Source: Octopus bimaculoides (Eukaryota). Taken from it: 64,000 nt of DNA. The stretch spans positions 55,395,553-55,459,552 of the forward strand of contig NC_068990.1 of assembly GCF_001194135.2 (NCBI RefSeq), given 5' to 3'. The translations under genes were made by a program, and so were the position numbers. The notes under the pieces are model-generated. The model saw only the letters and a program-made list of their open reading frames with translations. It ran no database searches and was not told where the DNA came from. Below are positions 13,332 through 26,518 of this stretch, piece by piece; position 1 is the first letter of the stretch, and each line of letters begins with the position of its first letter.

Positions 13332-15356
13332 TGACACAAAAGAATAAGAAATTCTGCCATAAACTTCATCAGCTTACAGCTGTTTCTGCTGTAAGATGCA
13401 ATCCAGTCAAAGTTAAATGCTTGTGTATCACCCTTTGAAGCTATAGTTTGACACATAAGCATTGAAGCTGTAAGGTAATAAAGTTCATGACATATTTCTT
13501 ATTCTTTCATGTTATTCCAAATTCTTATGTACTCTGACTCTATACACTTCTAATACAAGTGTGGATTAAGCAGTTTTTATGATTTTGTACAAACAGAATA
13601 AAGGTAAAACAATGTACATGGTCCCCCATATTTTTTCCATTTCAGCTGATTTTCTCTTTTTTCATCTCCTTCAGTTGAAATGTGATATAAGATTTGCCGA
13701 ATTGTCTGAACATAAATAACACAATGTGATTTCATCTCAAAAATACTGAATTCATTTAAATTCCACTTATTTCGTCATAAAAATATTTTAAAATGTATAT
13801 TTCTTTGTCTTGTTTCCTTTTCTAAATTATGTGCTGTGTGAACGTGTATTGAGTGAAAAAAAATGGTTATCATTTTATCGTTTATGTATTTCAGACAGTG
13901 GCTGTACTGGAAGAGTTTTTAGTTGAATGAAACTACCCCAGTACTTAATTTTTTAAAGTCTGCTATTTATTCTGTTGGTTGCTTTCGCCAAGCCACTAAG
14001 TTACAGGGACATAAACACCAATGCTGGTTGTCAAGTAATGGTGGGGGACAAACAGAGATATATATCATCGCCATCATTTAATGTCTGTCTTCCATGCAAG
14101 CATGGGTTGGATGGTTCGACAGGAGCCAGCCAGGCAGGTGCCTGCACCAGACGTCTGTGTCTGTCTTGGCAGGGTTTTTATGACTGGATGCACTCCCTAA
14201 CACCAAGCACTCCATAGAGTGGAGCGAGTGCTTTTTACATGGCACCAGCACAGGCGAGGTCAGTTTTGGCGTTGGTTTTACAGCTGGATGCCCTTCCAAA
14301 TGCCAACCACTTCAGTGTGTACTAGATGCTTTCTATGTGGCACCAGCACTGGCAGAATCATCAAGTGGAGGGGAGGGGGCATTGGAAAAGGTGACCCTGT
14401 GTTGGATGATGAAAGGTTAGAATGTGACAGAGAGGCAGAAACAGGTGTCTTGCTATAGAGGAGTTACTTGGTTACCTAACCAGATGGAAGAGCAAGGTAT
14501 ATATACATGTATGGCAGGCTTCTCTCAGTTTCTATCTACCAGATCCACTCACAAGGCTTTGTGGTCAGCCCGAAGCTATAGTAAAAGACACTTGCCTGAG
14601 GTGCCAAGCAGTGGGATTGAACCTAGAAGCATGTAGTTGAGCCACTACCATAAACATTTTTGCCATTAGAAAATTCACTTTGAAAAAAAAGGGTGGTGTG
14701 CAATTAGCTGTTTTCTTAAAATGGCAACTTCATGAACTATCCTACCAATTAGAGAAAGGTAATTTTTTCAAAATAAGTTATCTAGTTTATAGTCTGCTTA
14801 TGTGCTTCCTTTATGGTGAAATTTTCCCACAACAAAAATGCTTGCAGTGAATTTAATGGTCATGAAAAAATATAGGGTAGATAAATATAAAAAATTAGAA
14901 CATATGGTAAAAAGTAAAAAGATTGAAGTGAAAAAAAGATTAGTCAACACAATAACAATGGTTGAGTACAGTTGTGTAACCCATTAGCGTTCCAATTACT
15001 TTATCAAATGTAATACTTATTTGCATTGTTTTGAATTAATCATGCATTGTCTCATAGCCTTTAGATTTTAATAACCTGATTATCTATTTTTAGAATGATA
15101 TTGTAGGTGGGAATAAATATTACCTTTTGGTATGAAGACTGCCTCTGTCACTAATATATATATAAATTATCTTATCTTTTATTTGTTTGTCATTAGACTG
15201 TGGCACCGCCTTGAAGAATTTTTGTTGAATCAACCCCAGGACTTTTTTTTAAAGCCTAGTACTTATTTTATCGATCTCTTTTGCCAAACCACTAAGTTAC
15301 AGGAAAGTAAAAACACCAACACTGGTTGTCAAGCTGTGGTGGGGAAACAAAGAAAG

Positions 15357-15389
<33 letters not shown>

Positions 15390-15793
15390 CGTATATATAT
15401 ATACACACACAATGGGCTTTCAGTTTCCATCTACGAAATCCACTCACAAGGCTTTGGTTGACTCAAGGTCATAGTAGAAGACACTTGCCCAAGGTGCTAT
15501 ACAGTGGGACTGAGCCTGGACCCAAATAGTTAGGAAGCAAACTTTTTACCTCATACCCATTTAAATACTATCTTAGCATCTCCAGTTGCTCCATTGATCT
15601 CGACTTGATGATTATCATATAACAACTTATTGCAGATTCTGTAATAACATTGCTATTACTTTATTAAAGTGGGTATTAAATGTGCTTAAGGGAACAAAGC
15701 AACAAACTAAAATAATTTCTGTATTTAGTTTCATCTACTCTGTTGAAAATTCTAAATCTGCTGCAGGTCAATATCATGTCTACTGGTGATGTA

Positions 15794-16001
15794 CAGGGTG
15801 TCCACAAAGTCTGGCTATATGGAATAAATAAAATCATAACATAAACAAATATAAGAAATAATAATTTTTTAAAGTATGTGTTAATCCCCATGTGGGTACA
15901 TGGAGTAAATAAGATCATAATATAAACAATTAAATATAAGAAATAATAATTTCTTAAAGTATGTGTTAATCCCCATGTACCCAGACTTTGTGGACACCCT
16001 G
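15794..16001. mobile_element. Tc1/mariner-type MITE with internal direct repeat
   Basis: Perfect 21-bp TIR CAGGGTGTCCACAAAGTCTGG / CCAGACTTTGTGGACACCCTG, TA on the left, and two roughly 80-bp internal direct repeats. Confidence 0.85.
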
Positions 16002-17399
16002 TTGAATATCTCATATCTACATAAATTGGGTTTTGTACCCAGATAAGAAACTGATATTACTTCAGGCCAATGGTAAAGCTGCTATGTAGTTACTCAGAAA
16101 TAGCAGACAAATACCCATCTTTAAAAAAGGAAAAAGTCTCTGGATAATGTGGTCCTCAATACATTGTCTGAAAAGTAAAAGATATTCACAGCTCATTGAT
16201 ATCACAACCTGCTGCAGTGTTCAGACCAGCTACTAACTTTATAAGAAAATTCTTTTACTATTATTTTTAAATTTTAGAATATTCTGTAAATATATCACTA
16301 GTTATACAGTTGAAGTCAGATTAAAGTTGTGATTAACACCTTTTCTAATTAGTTGAATTGGTACGCCTTAGGGAATCTTTTGTTATATTGACTGATTAAA
16401 AAGCAGCTTATATATCCATATTCTAACAGATATGACCTATTTCCCCTTCACTTTATACATACCAATCCAAACTGAAGTGTTCTTTTCCGAAGTTATATAT
16501 GTTTGTCCAAATGGATTCTGTTGATATGAACAATATTGAAAAGTTTTACTACTGAAATTGTAAATTTTTTACCATTCATAACAACTGATATTACTTTGAT
16601 TAATAGCTTGGGAAATTAAAAAAAAAATCATAACATCCAATAAAGGTGTTTCCATTGAAGCAGGGTATGGTACAAAGTTTCTTGGAGTGTTTCTTAACCA
16701 GAAAATCCCCAATCAGTTCCATACACTCAGGAGCATGGGATACAGTTTTTAAAATAATTTTCTATAAATAAACATCACAGAATCTTTATGGTTTTATTTT
16801 TTGTTCTGCTCTTGGTTATCCATATGGGAAATTATTTAAAACTACTGACATTATTTTCAAAGTTATACTAATATCCACTAGCACTGTTGATAATGATGGT
16901 GATGATTTCAGCAGTCTGAAAAGGGTATGGAGTGTCATTATCATTATCGTCATTTTTATACTTAGTTTTCTGGTGTTGTTTTAGGTTTGATGAGACTTAT
17001 TGAGGCAGTATTCTGTGGCTTAACGCTCATCTTGTTTACCAACTCTTGTTTTTCACCACAAATTATAACCCTTTTTCAACTCTTTATAAAAGAGAAACAA
17101 TGGCCATAACCTTTGCAGGTTCTCTGATTCTGGTGAGATTGAAGTAGTTAATATTCAGTCTGAACTTCTGTAGAACTGTGTAAGTAAAACAGACGAGGCA
17201 GCAAAGAGAAGACAATATATCTGTGAGCTTGCAATTGAAGTTTGTCAGTGATTGAGTCTTTGCTAACTAGTTGAATGGCCTTTTGTTTTTAGTCTACAAT
17301 GTTAGTCTCACCATCCTATGGTTGTAAGAACTCCAAGATTGGTCTTACTTGAGCTTTGTCTAAAGTTTGTGACTAACTAGAATGGAGTAATTCCTGGTA

Positions 17400-17640
17400 T
17401 CTAAAGAAGAATCCAAGTTTTAGCAATTTAATATATGGCCCCAAGGAGACCTCACAATGGTAAAGAAAACTGAGATGATATGGTCTGTAGCAAAACCCAG
17501 TAACCTTGCAAAGTCCATTTTTCAAGGAATTATGGAAGAGAAAAGAAGTGGGCAGAAAAATGTTGGTCAGATAACTGCAAGAATTGGGCAAGCAAATCAC
17601 TATCTGAAACCCAAGCTCAGGCACCCAGCCATGATTTTTT
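17400..17640 (+). mobile_element. RTE-clade LINE 3' end relic
   Basis: Frameshifted LAKSIFQGIMEEKRSGQK / KCWSDNCKNWA matches the RTE C-terminal LAK.ILQG.VEG.R.RGRQKKRW.DNIK.W pattern. Confidence 0.7.
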
Positions 17641-17899
17641 TTTTGAAGAGTAGTGTTATCTGCAATTTCTTTCTCAATCTAAGAGAAAGAGATCTGTAGA
17701 AAGTATCTGACGATTACTGAGATAATAAAAAGGAGGTGATTGCTGACAGCAGTTGCCATTACTTTTGAGATATTGGAAGTGAACTTGGAGATAAATACGA
17801 GAGTAAGTTTCAAAGATTGGAACAGAGAGAGAAAATAAAACATTTGGCAAAAATAGAGGCTAGTTTTTTAGAGTGTATAATTTGAGGGTAATAGAAGAG

Positions 17900-18170
17900 A
17901 CATTGTTATGATCTGCTTTCTTGCAGAGCTGGAATGATCATTGGAGTTTTCAAGCTTGGAAACTAATATATTATGGTGTAACTAGGAGCATGGAAAAAGA
18001 GAGCTTTAGAGGACTATGATTAATAGGAAGAGACTGAGGACTGAACCATGACAGTCTCTTAACTCCACATTGGATTTATCACTGAAGTCATTGCCAAATC
18101 TAGCTTCACTTATAGCATCCTTGTACATAGCTTAAACTATCTGCACAAGCCTTTCATCTATACCTGGTGT
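17900..18170 (-). mobile_element. Degenerate RTE-like reverse transcriptase fragment
   Basis: The minus strand reads AMYKDAISEARFGNDFS...HGSVLSLFLLIIVL, compared with the QAMY...S.VR.G...S......V.QGSVLSPLLF.IV RT motif. Confidence 0.65.
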
Positions 18171-19589
18171 GTGCAGGTGGTTCAAGCTATGGAAAACCTT
18201 CCTTGTGTTGTTGGTATGATAAAATGAACCCAGCCTATGCTGTAAAATTGTAGCTGGCAAGAAGAGTATTCAGAAACACCCCAAAACTTGACATGTATAA
18301 CAACAAAAATTTTCTTTGTTGCTTTGCATGCCAGATGAGAGATCATGGCAAGTGAGAGACACTTGGCTGGAACAGAGCTTTTCAAACCATGCCTACACAG
18401 AAAACGTACGTAAAATGATGGTGGTGAGATGTTGATGATGATTCTTATAAAATGAATATCAGTTTTATAAAAGATTTCTTTTTTTTAATGATCTGAATAA
18501 CTTTCAATTAATTATTATTTGTCAATTACTTGTAAAAATTCAATGAAAATTAAAATTTAAAAAAATTAAGAAATTTCAGATGAAAAATACTTATCTTTAT
18601 GAATTGCCAGCAAATAAATCTAAAAGATAGTTTTTAAGTTTTACTTTTAAATATCCATTAAATGTATTTCTTGAAACACATCAAATTGTTCTAAAACATC
18701 AAAACATAAGAACATGGAATGGAAGAGATAAGAAAACATAGTTATGCATGATGTATTTTTCATGATAAATTTGGTTAAAATCCTAACATGATATTTTCTC
18801 CAATTTTGCTCAACACAATCTGTTCTTGAGAAAGACAAGATGGAATAGACAGGACAAGATCAGAGAGAAGAGGTGACACAAAAAACGGATAGTCATTAAA
18901 GAGGTCACAAAATGTGTGATGAAAGAACTCTGACAAATAAACTAATAATAATAATAATGATAAAACTAAAGAGAAGATCAAATAGCTAGTGCATGTGTTT
19001 ACTGGCAAAATAAATCCCCAAATATAGGTACTTATTTATGTATTTATGATAGCAGAGTTAAAGCAGTCTGTATGGAAATATAATTTTCAGAAGTCTTCAT
19101 TGAACCACAGAATTTTGACAGTAATGTAAGAATGAATTTAGCCCAGAAAGTGTCATATGAATTTACTCCATTAGCTGGCAATATTGTCTTCCTCTGGATT
19201 TGAAACTACACTTTTCCTCAGATTGCTGTCTCATCTGAAGGAATTTTCTAAATCTTTTGTAGTTATTTTTTAAAATATAAACTTGTTTAAAACTGGGTAA
19301 ATCTAGTAGGGAGTATCGATACCTTAAAAGTGAATATTGAGTTGTCATTTCATTTATTCATATAGAAACACTGCAAGTCTTTGTTATTTGGTATCTGTTA
19401 AACTATTAACTGGGTATTTCTACTTTTTGTGATGTACATTAGATTAATGTGAATGTTCACTTCTTTCTGCTCATGTGTTTTGAAAGAAAATTAAAGTTAA
19501 AAAAAGAAATGTAATACTGAAAAATCAGGTTTATGGTTAAAAAAAACTCATATATTTAGAAAATTTGATGGTTTTTTTTTTAAATAGCT

Positions 19590-19870
19590 GCGTGTTGCGT
19601 ATTCATACCTCTCTTTCCGGTTTCTACTCAAAACTGTTTACAGATTACAACTATCTCATGAACTTGCGTTCGTGAGGAGCGCGAAGCTTTCCGATGGTTG
19701 TGAAAATTTTTTTTTTTCAAACTAGGCTCTGCTATTCCTATATGGGTCGTTATTTTGGCTGAGACACCATCTCCAGGCTGGCAGCATCAGCTGAGAGTAC
19801 GAAATAGACAAGGGCAAGTAATGCAGACCGACTAATGAGAATAGAAAAAGTTCTAAAATGGCCGCCCCGA
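19590..19870. promoter_or_regulatory. CpG-enriched ABCF3 promoter, probably bidirectional
   Basis: Local CpG enrichment in AT-rich DNA. ETS-like TTCCGG near 19615, YY1-like AAAATGGCCGCC over the ATG, and a minus-strand AG|GTATGA donor at 19609/19608. Confidence 0.6.
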
Positions 19871-19939
19871 CTAGTTGTGTTGAGCTTCTCGGGTCTTTAT
19901 TCCCAGATATTGACCCTCAAATATCAAATTATGTCACCG
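19858..19939 (+). CDS. ABCF3: ABCF3 exon 1 (MAAPTSCVELLGSLFPDIDPQISNYVT)
   Basis: AAAATGG start context and |gtgagt donor. Resembles the human ABCF3 N-terminus MATCAEILRSEFPEIDGQVFDYVTG. Confidence 0.93.
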
Positions 19940-22173
19940 GTGAGTGTATTGGTACGATTCTCAGGTTAAAATTTCATGTACTATACAATCGTTTTGAAAA
20001 CAAAAACAGATAGAGATGGTGCTAAAGTTGTATTTATTTCAGTTTTGAAATCCCCGCACATCTGTCATTTGGTTCTCAGAAGTTTTGATATTGATTTCTA
20101 TTCTATCTTGTTGCATCGAATGTAACCTACACATTTCGTTTTACAATATTTATCTAATTTCCCACGACTTAAATTCAATGTATTTCGTTTTATATATCTT
20201 AATCCGGACACTGTTTTCTTTCAGTTTCGTTCGGTAATCAACCATATTTTACTGATACTTTATAAGCAATATTTATAATATGCAAGGTTGTATATAACTA
20301 ACGAACACTGAAAAATCTAGTTATACCAACTCTTTACAAATCAACCATTGTTTACTTATCACAAGTTTCTACAACTTATTTTTTTTTATTGAGCCGCCAC
20401 GTGTTCTTAATTTATTTCTTTAATTAGAACTCTTTTTAATTCGACACTAATACGCTGACGATAGATTTTTTTTTTATTTGTGCTTAAAAATGTATGTGTA
20501 ATCATGTGAGAGTATTCATAGGTCTCTGGTGAATGATTTTCCGTTTTTCCTAAAACTCTATCCATGATCGCATCTATTGTGCTTGGTTCATGAACTACTA
20601 TCACTAGCTTGTGCTTGGCAGTATATCTATCTTATTCCATACCATTCTTACGTTAGGTGCTTTCTATCACTTCCAGTCATTATATCATTCAACACACTTT
20701 TATCAAGATTGCCAATCAATTCGTAATTCTTAGACTGTATAAATTATCGTTGTTCTTTAACTACACATCCTGTCTCTCATATTTGATGACACTTCTCAAG
20801 TTAAGCATCTTAAACTAAGAGATTTTTTTTCTCTTTTATTGAATGTGTTATGATAATACGATAGAATTGAAAAGTCTGACAATACTAACCGTTCCTAGTT
20901 GTTTGACGGCGTCATGCCGGTTGGTAAAAACAATGAACAAGCATTTCACTTCCTTTCGAGTGAGGTTTTGACCAGCTGAAAGGGCTTAAGTTTGTCTGGA
21001 TCTCTGTTTGTGTATAATTAGAAGTTTATACAACATACAAATACATATTTCGTTAAACGAACTGGAAAGCGGTTTAATATTGAGCTGATCGTATTCTCTT
21101 ATGATTAAGTATAGGAAGAGAGTACATTATATATTTCCTATTCTAAGAAAAAAAAAAAAAAAATTTAGCTGATCTTCTGACACCTGCGATGCCATCATCT
21201 GAGTGATTTAATTGGGTTGGTAGGCTTTGTCGGAAAAGTGTTGTATTGTGAATGGCTGGTATTCATAAAGAGTTTAGCCTTTGCGAACACATTCAATGCT
21301 TATCAAAACCTCATTTGGGACTCTGTTAGGACCTTGATTACACTCCGAATCAAATAAAAGAACCAAAATTAGGAAGCATAAAATATTAGATTATCTTTTT
21401 AAATAGCTATGAAACTTCCGAATTAAAAAAAAAATATTTATTGTCATATGTGTACGAAACCCAAAAGATATTGGCATGTACTAAATAGTGAAAGTGGTTT
21501 CAATTGAAATTGTGAAATGTAATGAACTAATTAAGTGGGTAACTTTTAAAAATAATTATTTTCTTTCATTTCTTCAGGTTTTTTAGCCATTGGATTGCAT
21601 ATTCCATTCATTTTCTTACTTATAAACTTGATATATTTACTTTTATATCCTATTTAGCCATTTATTAAAATTAACATTTTCAATAATCAAAAGACAAGCA
21701 TGGAACATACTATTAATTCATATTACTTTGAGCATGTTGATTCAAAATCAAGAGAATTCCTTTTTAAATCAGAATGAGAGAAAAAATTGAACTAAAAAGA
21801 GTCTTACTGGAATTATCCAGAACACTAATATTGTCAAAAAAATTAGATTTCTTAACCCTTTAATAATCCAAACTGGCCAAATCCTGTTTTATGTACAATC
21901 TGGCCTCTCTCACACTACAATGTTATTCTAAAAATAAACAACTACATCATTGATGTCTCAAAGTTATGAGATAATGTCTGATTGATTCAAAATAATGTGA
22001 ATAAATATGCATTACATTTGACTGAATGTTAGAGGGTTAAGAATTGGATCATATATGGAAAGAAGTAAAGATTTGGCAAGATATCTAACAAAGAATTGAG
22101 TTATTATGGTAGATGTCACAGTTGTGCAGTGAAAGTAAAGATCCTTGAAGATGTATGTTTATTCTTTTTTTAG

Positions 22174-22318
22174 GAATTATTGAAGATTCTGCTGATGATT
22201 TTGATACAGCTGATGATATATACGAAGCAATTGGTGCTTTGTTGCTAGATTCAGCAACCGGCAAAACAGAGGATGATGTTTTTGATATATGTGAAAAATT
22301 TCATGGTATTGTCAAAAG
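22174..22318 (+). CDS. ABCF3: ABCF3 exon 2 (GIIEDSADDFDTADDIYEAIGALLLDSATGKTEDDVFDICEKFHGIVK)
   Basis: tttttag|...|gtaaat, phase 1-2. PWI-like N-terminal region. Confidence 0.93.
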
Positions 22319-24022
22319 GTAAATATTTAATTTTTCTTACAAAACTTCAAAAAAAAAAAAAAATTTCTAATTTTTCACATTCTGTTCAAATTATCTAAGA
22401 AGTATCTAATTTGCATTGGTTTTGATATAATAGATTCCACAACCAATATTGTTTTGGCTATTCTTGAAATATTCTTTGATTTATGTTTTTGGCACTTGCA
22501 GATAACTAAGAAATGTATCAAAATCAAACCATTTCACATGCTGTAAAATGTAACAAGGAATGTTTTGAGTAAGATAACTTAGTTTTATTATGTGTCTTTT
22601 ATTTACCATTTCAATATCAGAACAACCAGTTTAAAACTGTGCTTTTACAAGGGAAGATTTATGAAAATAACCAAAGTGTCAGATTATATCATCACCATAA
22701 ATTTTCTATACTAGCATGGGTTGTCACAATACTGTCATCTGGCTCAAACAGTAAGAAAGAGAACTATAAATCACTTGTATGTGTCGTAGTTTATCTTGAA
22801 TGCTTTTAGTGGCAAGCAGCTCTTTATAACATTGACTACTCTACAGTATGGATCAGGTGCTATTACCATTCAACTGGCAAGTAGATCAGTTGTCTGTTAC
22901 AGGATGAGAGAGTCTCCTCAACCTATAGCATATACGATTGTTTTCAGGTGACTTGTAGAGTCGACATCTCTTGTTCATTCCATGTATACATTTTTGTTCC
23001 TCAACTAAGATGGTTGGTATCATAATCATGTGACAACAGTAGGTATAATCTCGAGGTGATTAATTGTTCTAAAAACATTCATTATATAATACAGTTGAAC
23101 AACAAAATAAATGAAAGGCAAAATATAATGCACGTTTGATAGAATTTTATTCTCTTGTGAGTTGTCAACTTATTACACGTATCAACTAGGATATTCTTGA
23201 ACCGACAAGTTTAAATCAATCAGGCAATATATTTAATTTCTGTTAAGATTGTGAGCTGCCAGAATTGTTTGCATGCTGAGCAAAATGCTTTGCATTTCAT
23301 CCACGTTTATGTTCTGAGTTCAAATACCACCGAGGTCCACTTTGCCTTTCATCCCTTTTGGGGTCAATAAACTAAGTACCAGCTGAACATTGGGGCCAAT
23401 GTAATCGACTTGTACACTTTCTCAGACTTGCTGGCCTTGTGCCAAAGTTTTAAACCAAATATTTAGTTTCTGTGCATTGTGTTTCTGACCTGACCAACTT
23501 TGATAATGTTTAGATTTCATCAAAGTCAGCTTTACTTCTGCAGTTGATGAACCACCAATCAATTACTAGCATTTATTTAATTGACTGTCCTCTCTCCAGT
23601 TCTTTAGCCAGGTCAGTGTCTGAAGTGAATATTATTAGCAACAGGGTACTTTATTTGTGGCACTGTTACATTCAGTGTACTGTATTGTTGATGATTTGGC
23701 TGAAAAGCTGTATTTGAAATGGAACTGGTTTAGAGTATGGTTAATCAACTTGACCATAATTTATGGCTGTTGTTTTGACATTAGTACATCTAAGTGAAGG
23801 CGTGTGTATGTGGCTCCTTGTCTTGACATCATGTTGTGATAAACAAGCATCACTGCCAGACAGGCAATATTGTTTGTTTCCAGTTTTCCATGCAAAACAT
23901 GTCTGATCATGGGGCAGTATTACCCTGCTTGGCAACAGGAATGATATCCAACTGTAGAAAATCTGTCACAATAAATTCTTACTCCTTCAAGCATGGAAAG
24001 TGTATGCTAAACAATGATACTG

Positions 24023-24068
<46 letters not shown>

Positions 24069-24179
24069 TATATATACATATATATGTCTAGAAAGAGAGA
24101 GTATCTCCACCAAAATGTATATACACATTGAATGACTATAAAGTCAGTGTTTATTAAAATACATTTCATTTTCACAATT

Positions 24180-25260
24180 TAATAGACGCTATAGATGGAA
24201 TGTAATTTTTTTATGAATGTTTATTTTTGAACTGATAACTGTTCTGGTCCAGGCACTGCATTTATCAGCAAAACAGTGGAATTGCATATGTCAAGAAACA
24301 TTTCATTTGGTAATTGGGGGCATTTTCATTCAATCGATGCCTTCAATTTGTTGACTGCTGCTGATTTTATACCATAAGCTTTATCTTTAAAGTATCCCCA
24401 TGAGAAAATTTGATGGTGTGAAGTCCAGTGAATGTAGAGGGTATTCTACTGAACCTCTTCATCCAATCCACCTGTTTATCAAAATTTTATCAAGATTATC
24501 CCTTAGATTACTATGATAGTGTGGGGTACCCCATCTTGCTGGAAATAAAACTTCACATTTTTGAAGTCCTCTTAAATGCTTGGCATGATTGATAGTTGCT
24601 GCAAATTCAAGCAAATGGGACTGGCAACAGTACCATAAAAAAACAAAACAAAAAAAAATGATCCAATTAATCCTTTTGATTATAAACCACACCATACTGT
24701 AATTCCTGATAAATTAACATATTCTGTAATATGTAGATTCTCAGATACTCAGTAGTTGGTTAATTGAACCATTTAGTTTAGATGTAGCCTCATCACTTCC
24801 AAACATTCTTTGTTGGAAAGTGTGCATCTTCTATACATCTTACCAAATGCCATTCACAAAACTTCACAATTTTAGTCCAGATCATCTTCATTAAGAGTAT
24901 AGATTATTGTTTGAATGTAACTTTTCTAATGACAGCACTTCAAAATGTGATGGATACTTGATTTTGAAATTCCTGTCTCACAGTTTGCTTGCTCTATAGA
25001 TATTCTTAAACTGTGGTAATATATTTCTAGTAACCTTTTTTGCTTTGTGGGGCTCATTAATCTTATAGAAAAATCTCTTGTGGACGTTCTAAACAATTTC
25101 ATCAGCTTCAAATTTCTCTCTTATTTGAGTGAGGTTAAGCTACAAAAGTAGATCTGATTGAAACTCCCTTCCAAACGTTCTTTGCACTTTGGCTGTTTTC
25201 AAATTTCCAGTAACATTTTAGGATAAATTTTCTTTGTTCAAAGTTTAGTCTGGCTCTCTT
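24180..25260 (-). mobile_element. Tc1/mariner relic, about DD41D (rosa-like), in ABCF3 intron 2
   Basis: Minus strand reads FQQDGVPH..RWIG*RGSVEYPLHSLDFTPSNF..GYFKDKAY (about 41 spacing after restoring a frameshift), plus HTH fragment SLRISIEQANCETGISKSSIHHILK. Confidence 0.75.
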
Positions 25261-25346
25261 TATTATTTCTAATGGATTAAATGTGAAAGGGAATGAAAAT
25301 TGAGTTATTAGCTGTTAAACATGTGTGTGTATGTGTGTATATATGA

Positions 25347-25401
<55 letters not shown>

Positions 25402-26385
25402 CGGTGTTTGAATTTATAAAAACCAAAAGAGGAAGACAAGTGAAGGAACAACAAGCAGGTGCATTAGTTTGATGCACGGGAAGAATGGAAAAGTCTTTGA
25501 TGTTTTGGGCCTATGCTCTTTATCAGAAAGGATCGAGAGGAAAAAAATGGAGAGAGAATGCAAAAAAACGGAGCGAGAAAAAATGTGTAGGGATTAACAG
25601 TTCAACTTGATGAAATGTTATGTCTATATATCATCATCATCATTTAACATCTGTTCTCCATACTGGCATGGGTTGGATGGTTTGATAGGAGCCGGCATGC
25701 TGGAGAGCTGCATTAGGCTTCATTGTCTACTTTGGCATAGTTTCTATGGCTGGATGCCCTTCCTAATGCCAACCACTTAACAGAGTATACTGGGTGCTTA
25801 TGTGGAACCAGCACGAGTGCTTTTTACATGGCACCAGTGGGGACACCAAATAACTTGAAGAGGTCAGCTGATTGTTGTTTGTAGCACAAAATTTGATGTG
25901 TTAGTAGATCAGCCCAGTTACCTATAAGGATTATTTCTCAATGGCTCTTGTTAGAATCTTTCTTTATATGATTCAGATATGGATTAGTTTTCTTAGAATA
26001 CAACATTAATTGATCATTTCACTACATATTGTCAGTTAATGTTGAGTATTACTAATATTATTGTTTAGCCCCTAGTTCTGATTGAGTAGATTTGTAGTCA
26101 TTATAGCACTATCTTGTCTTTTTTCCAGACATAATTTATCTAGGAGTATGTTATCCAATGTGTATCCTTCTTTTTTTGAAGATGGCAGTATATAAGTTGA
26201 GAGACATTTGGCCATGCCTCTTAGCTTGTGCGATTGTAGAGGCTATGTGTGTTAATAGTATCACAGTTTTTGCATGTCTTGACTTCTATTCTAATACATT
26301 TCTACTAAATCAATATCTTTGTATTTTAGCCTCTAATTTTTAAGATTTCATTTAAAACTATATGAATGCTTTATTATTTTCACAG

Positions 26386-26518
26386 TTCACAATCATCAGA
26401 TACCATGGAACATAAAGTTTTAAATTCTCCTATTCAGATTGGGTCTTTGAGTCTCAATACAAATGTTCAAACTGTAGAACCTCAAAGTATCTGGTTAACA
26501 AAAAAGGAGAACGTTTCT
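26386..26518 (+). CDS. ABCF3: ABCF3 exon 3 (SQSSDTMEHKVLNSPIQIGSLSLNTNVQTVEPQSIWLTKKENVS)
   Basis: ttttcacag|...|gtaagt, phase 2-0. Contains the L..PIQ motif. Confidence 0.88.

Noticed and set aside
16463-16517. TG|A junction between candidate minus-strand exons read as a selenocysteine codon
   Set aside because: No SECIS-like element is evident. The sequence after the putative stop is a palindromic MITE, and a wrong exon boundary is far more likely.
20407-20604. 65-aa minus-strand ORF in ABCF3 intron 1
   Set aside because: It has no motif or splice support, and its length is within chance expectation.
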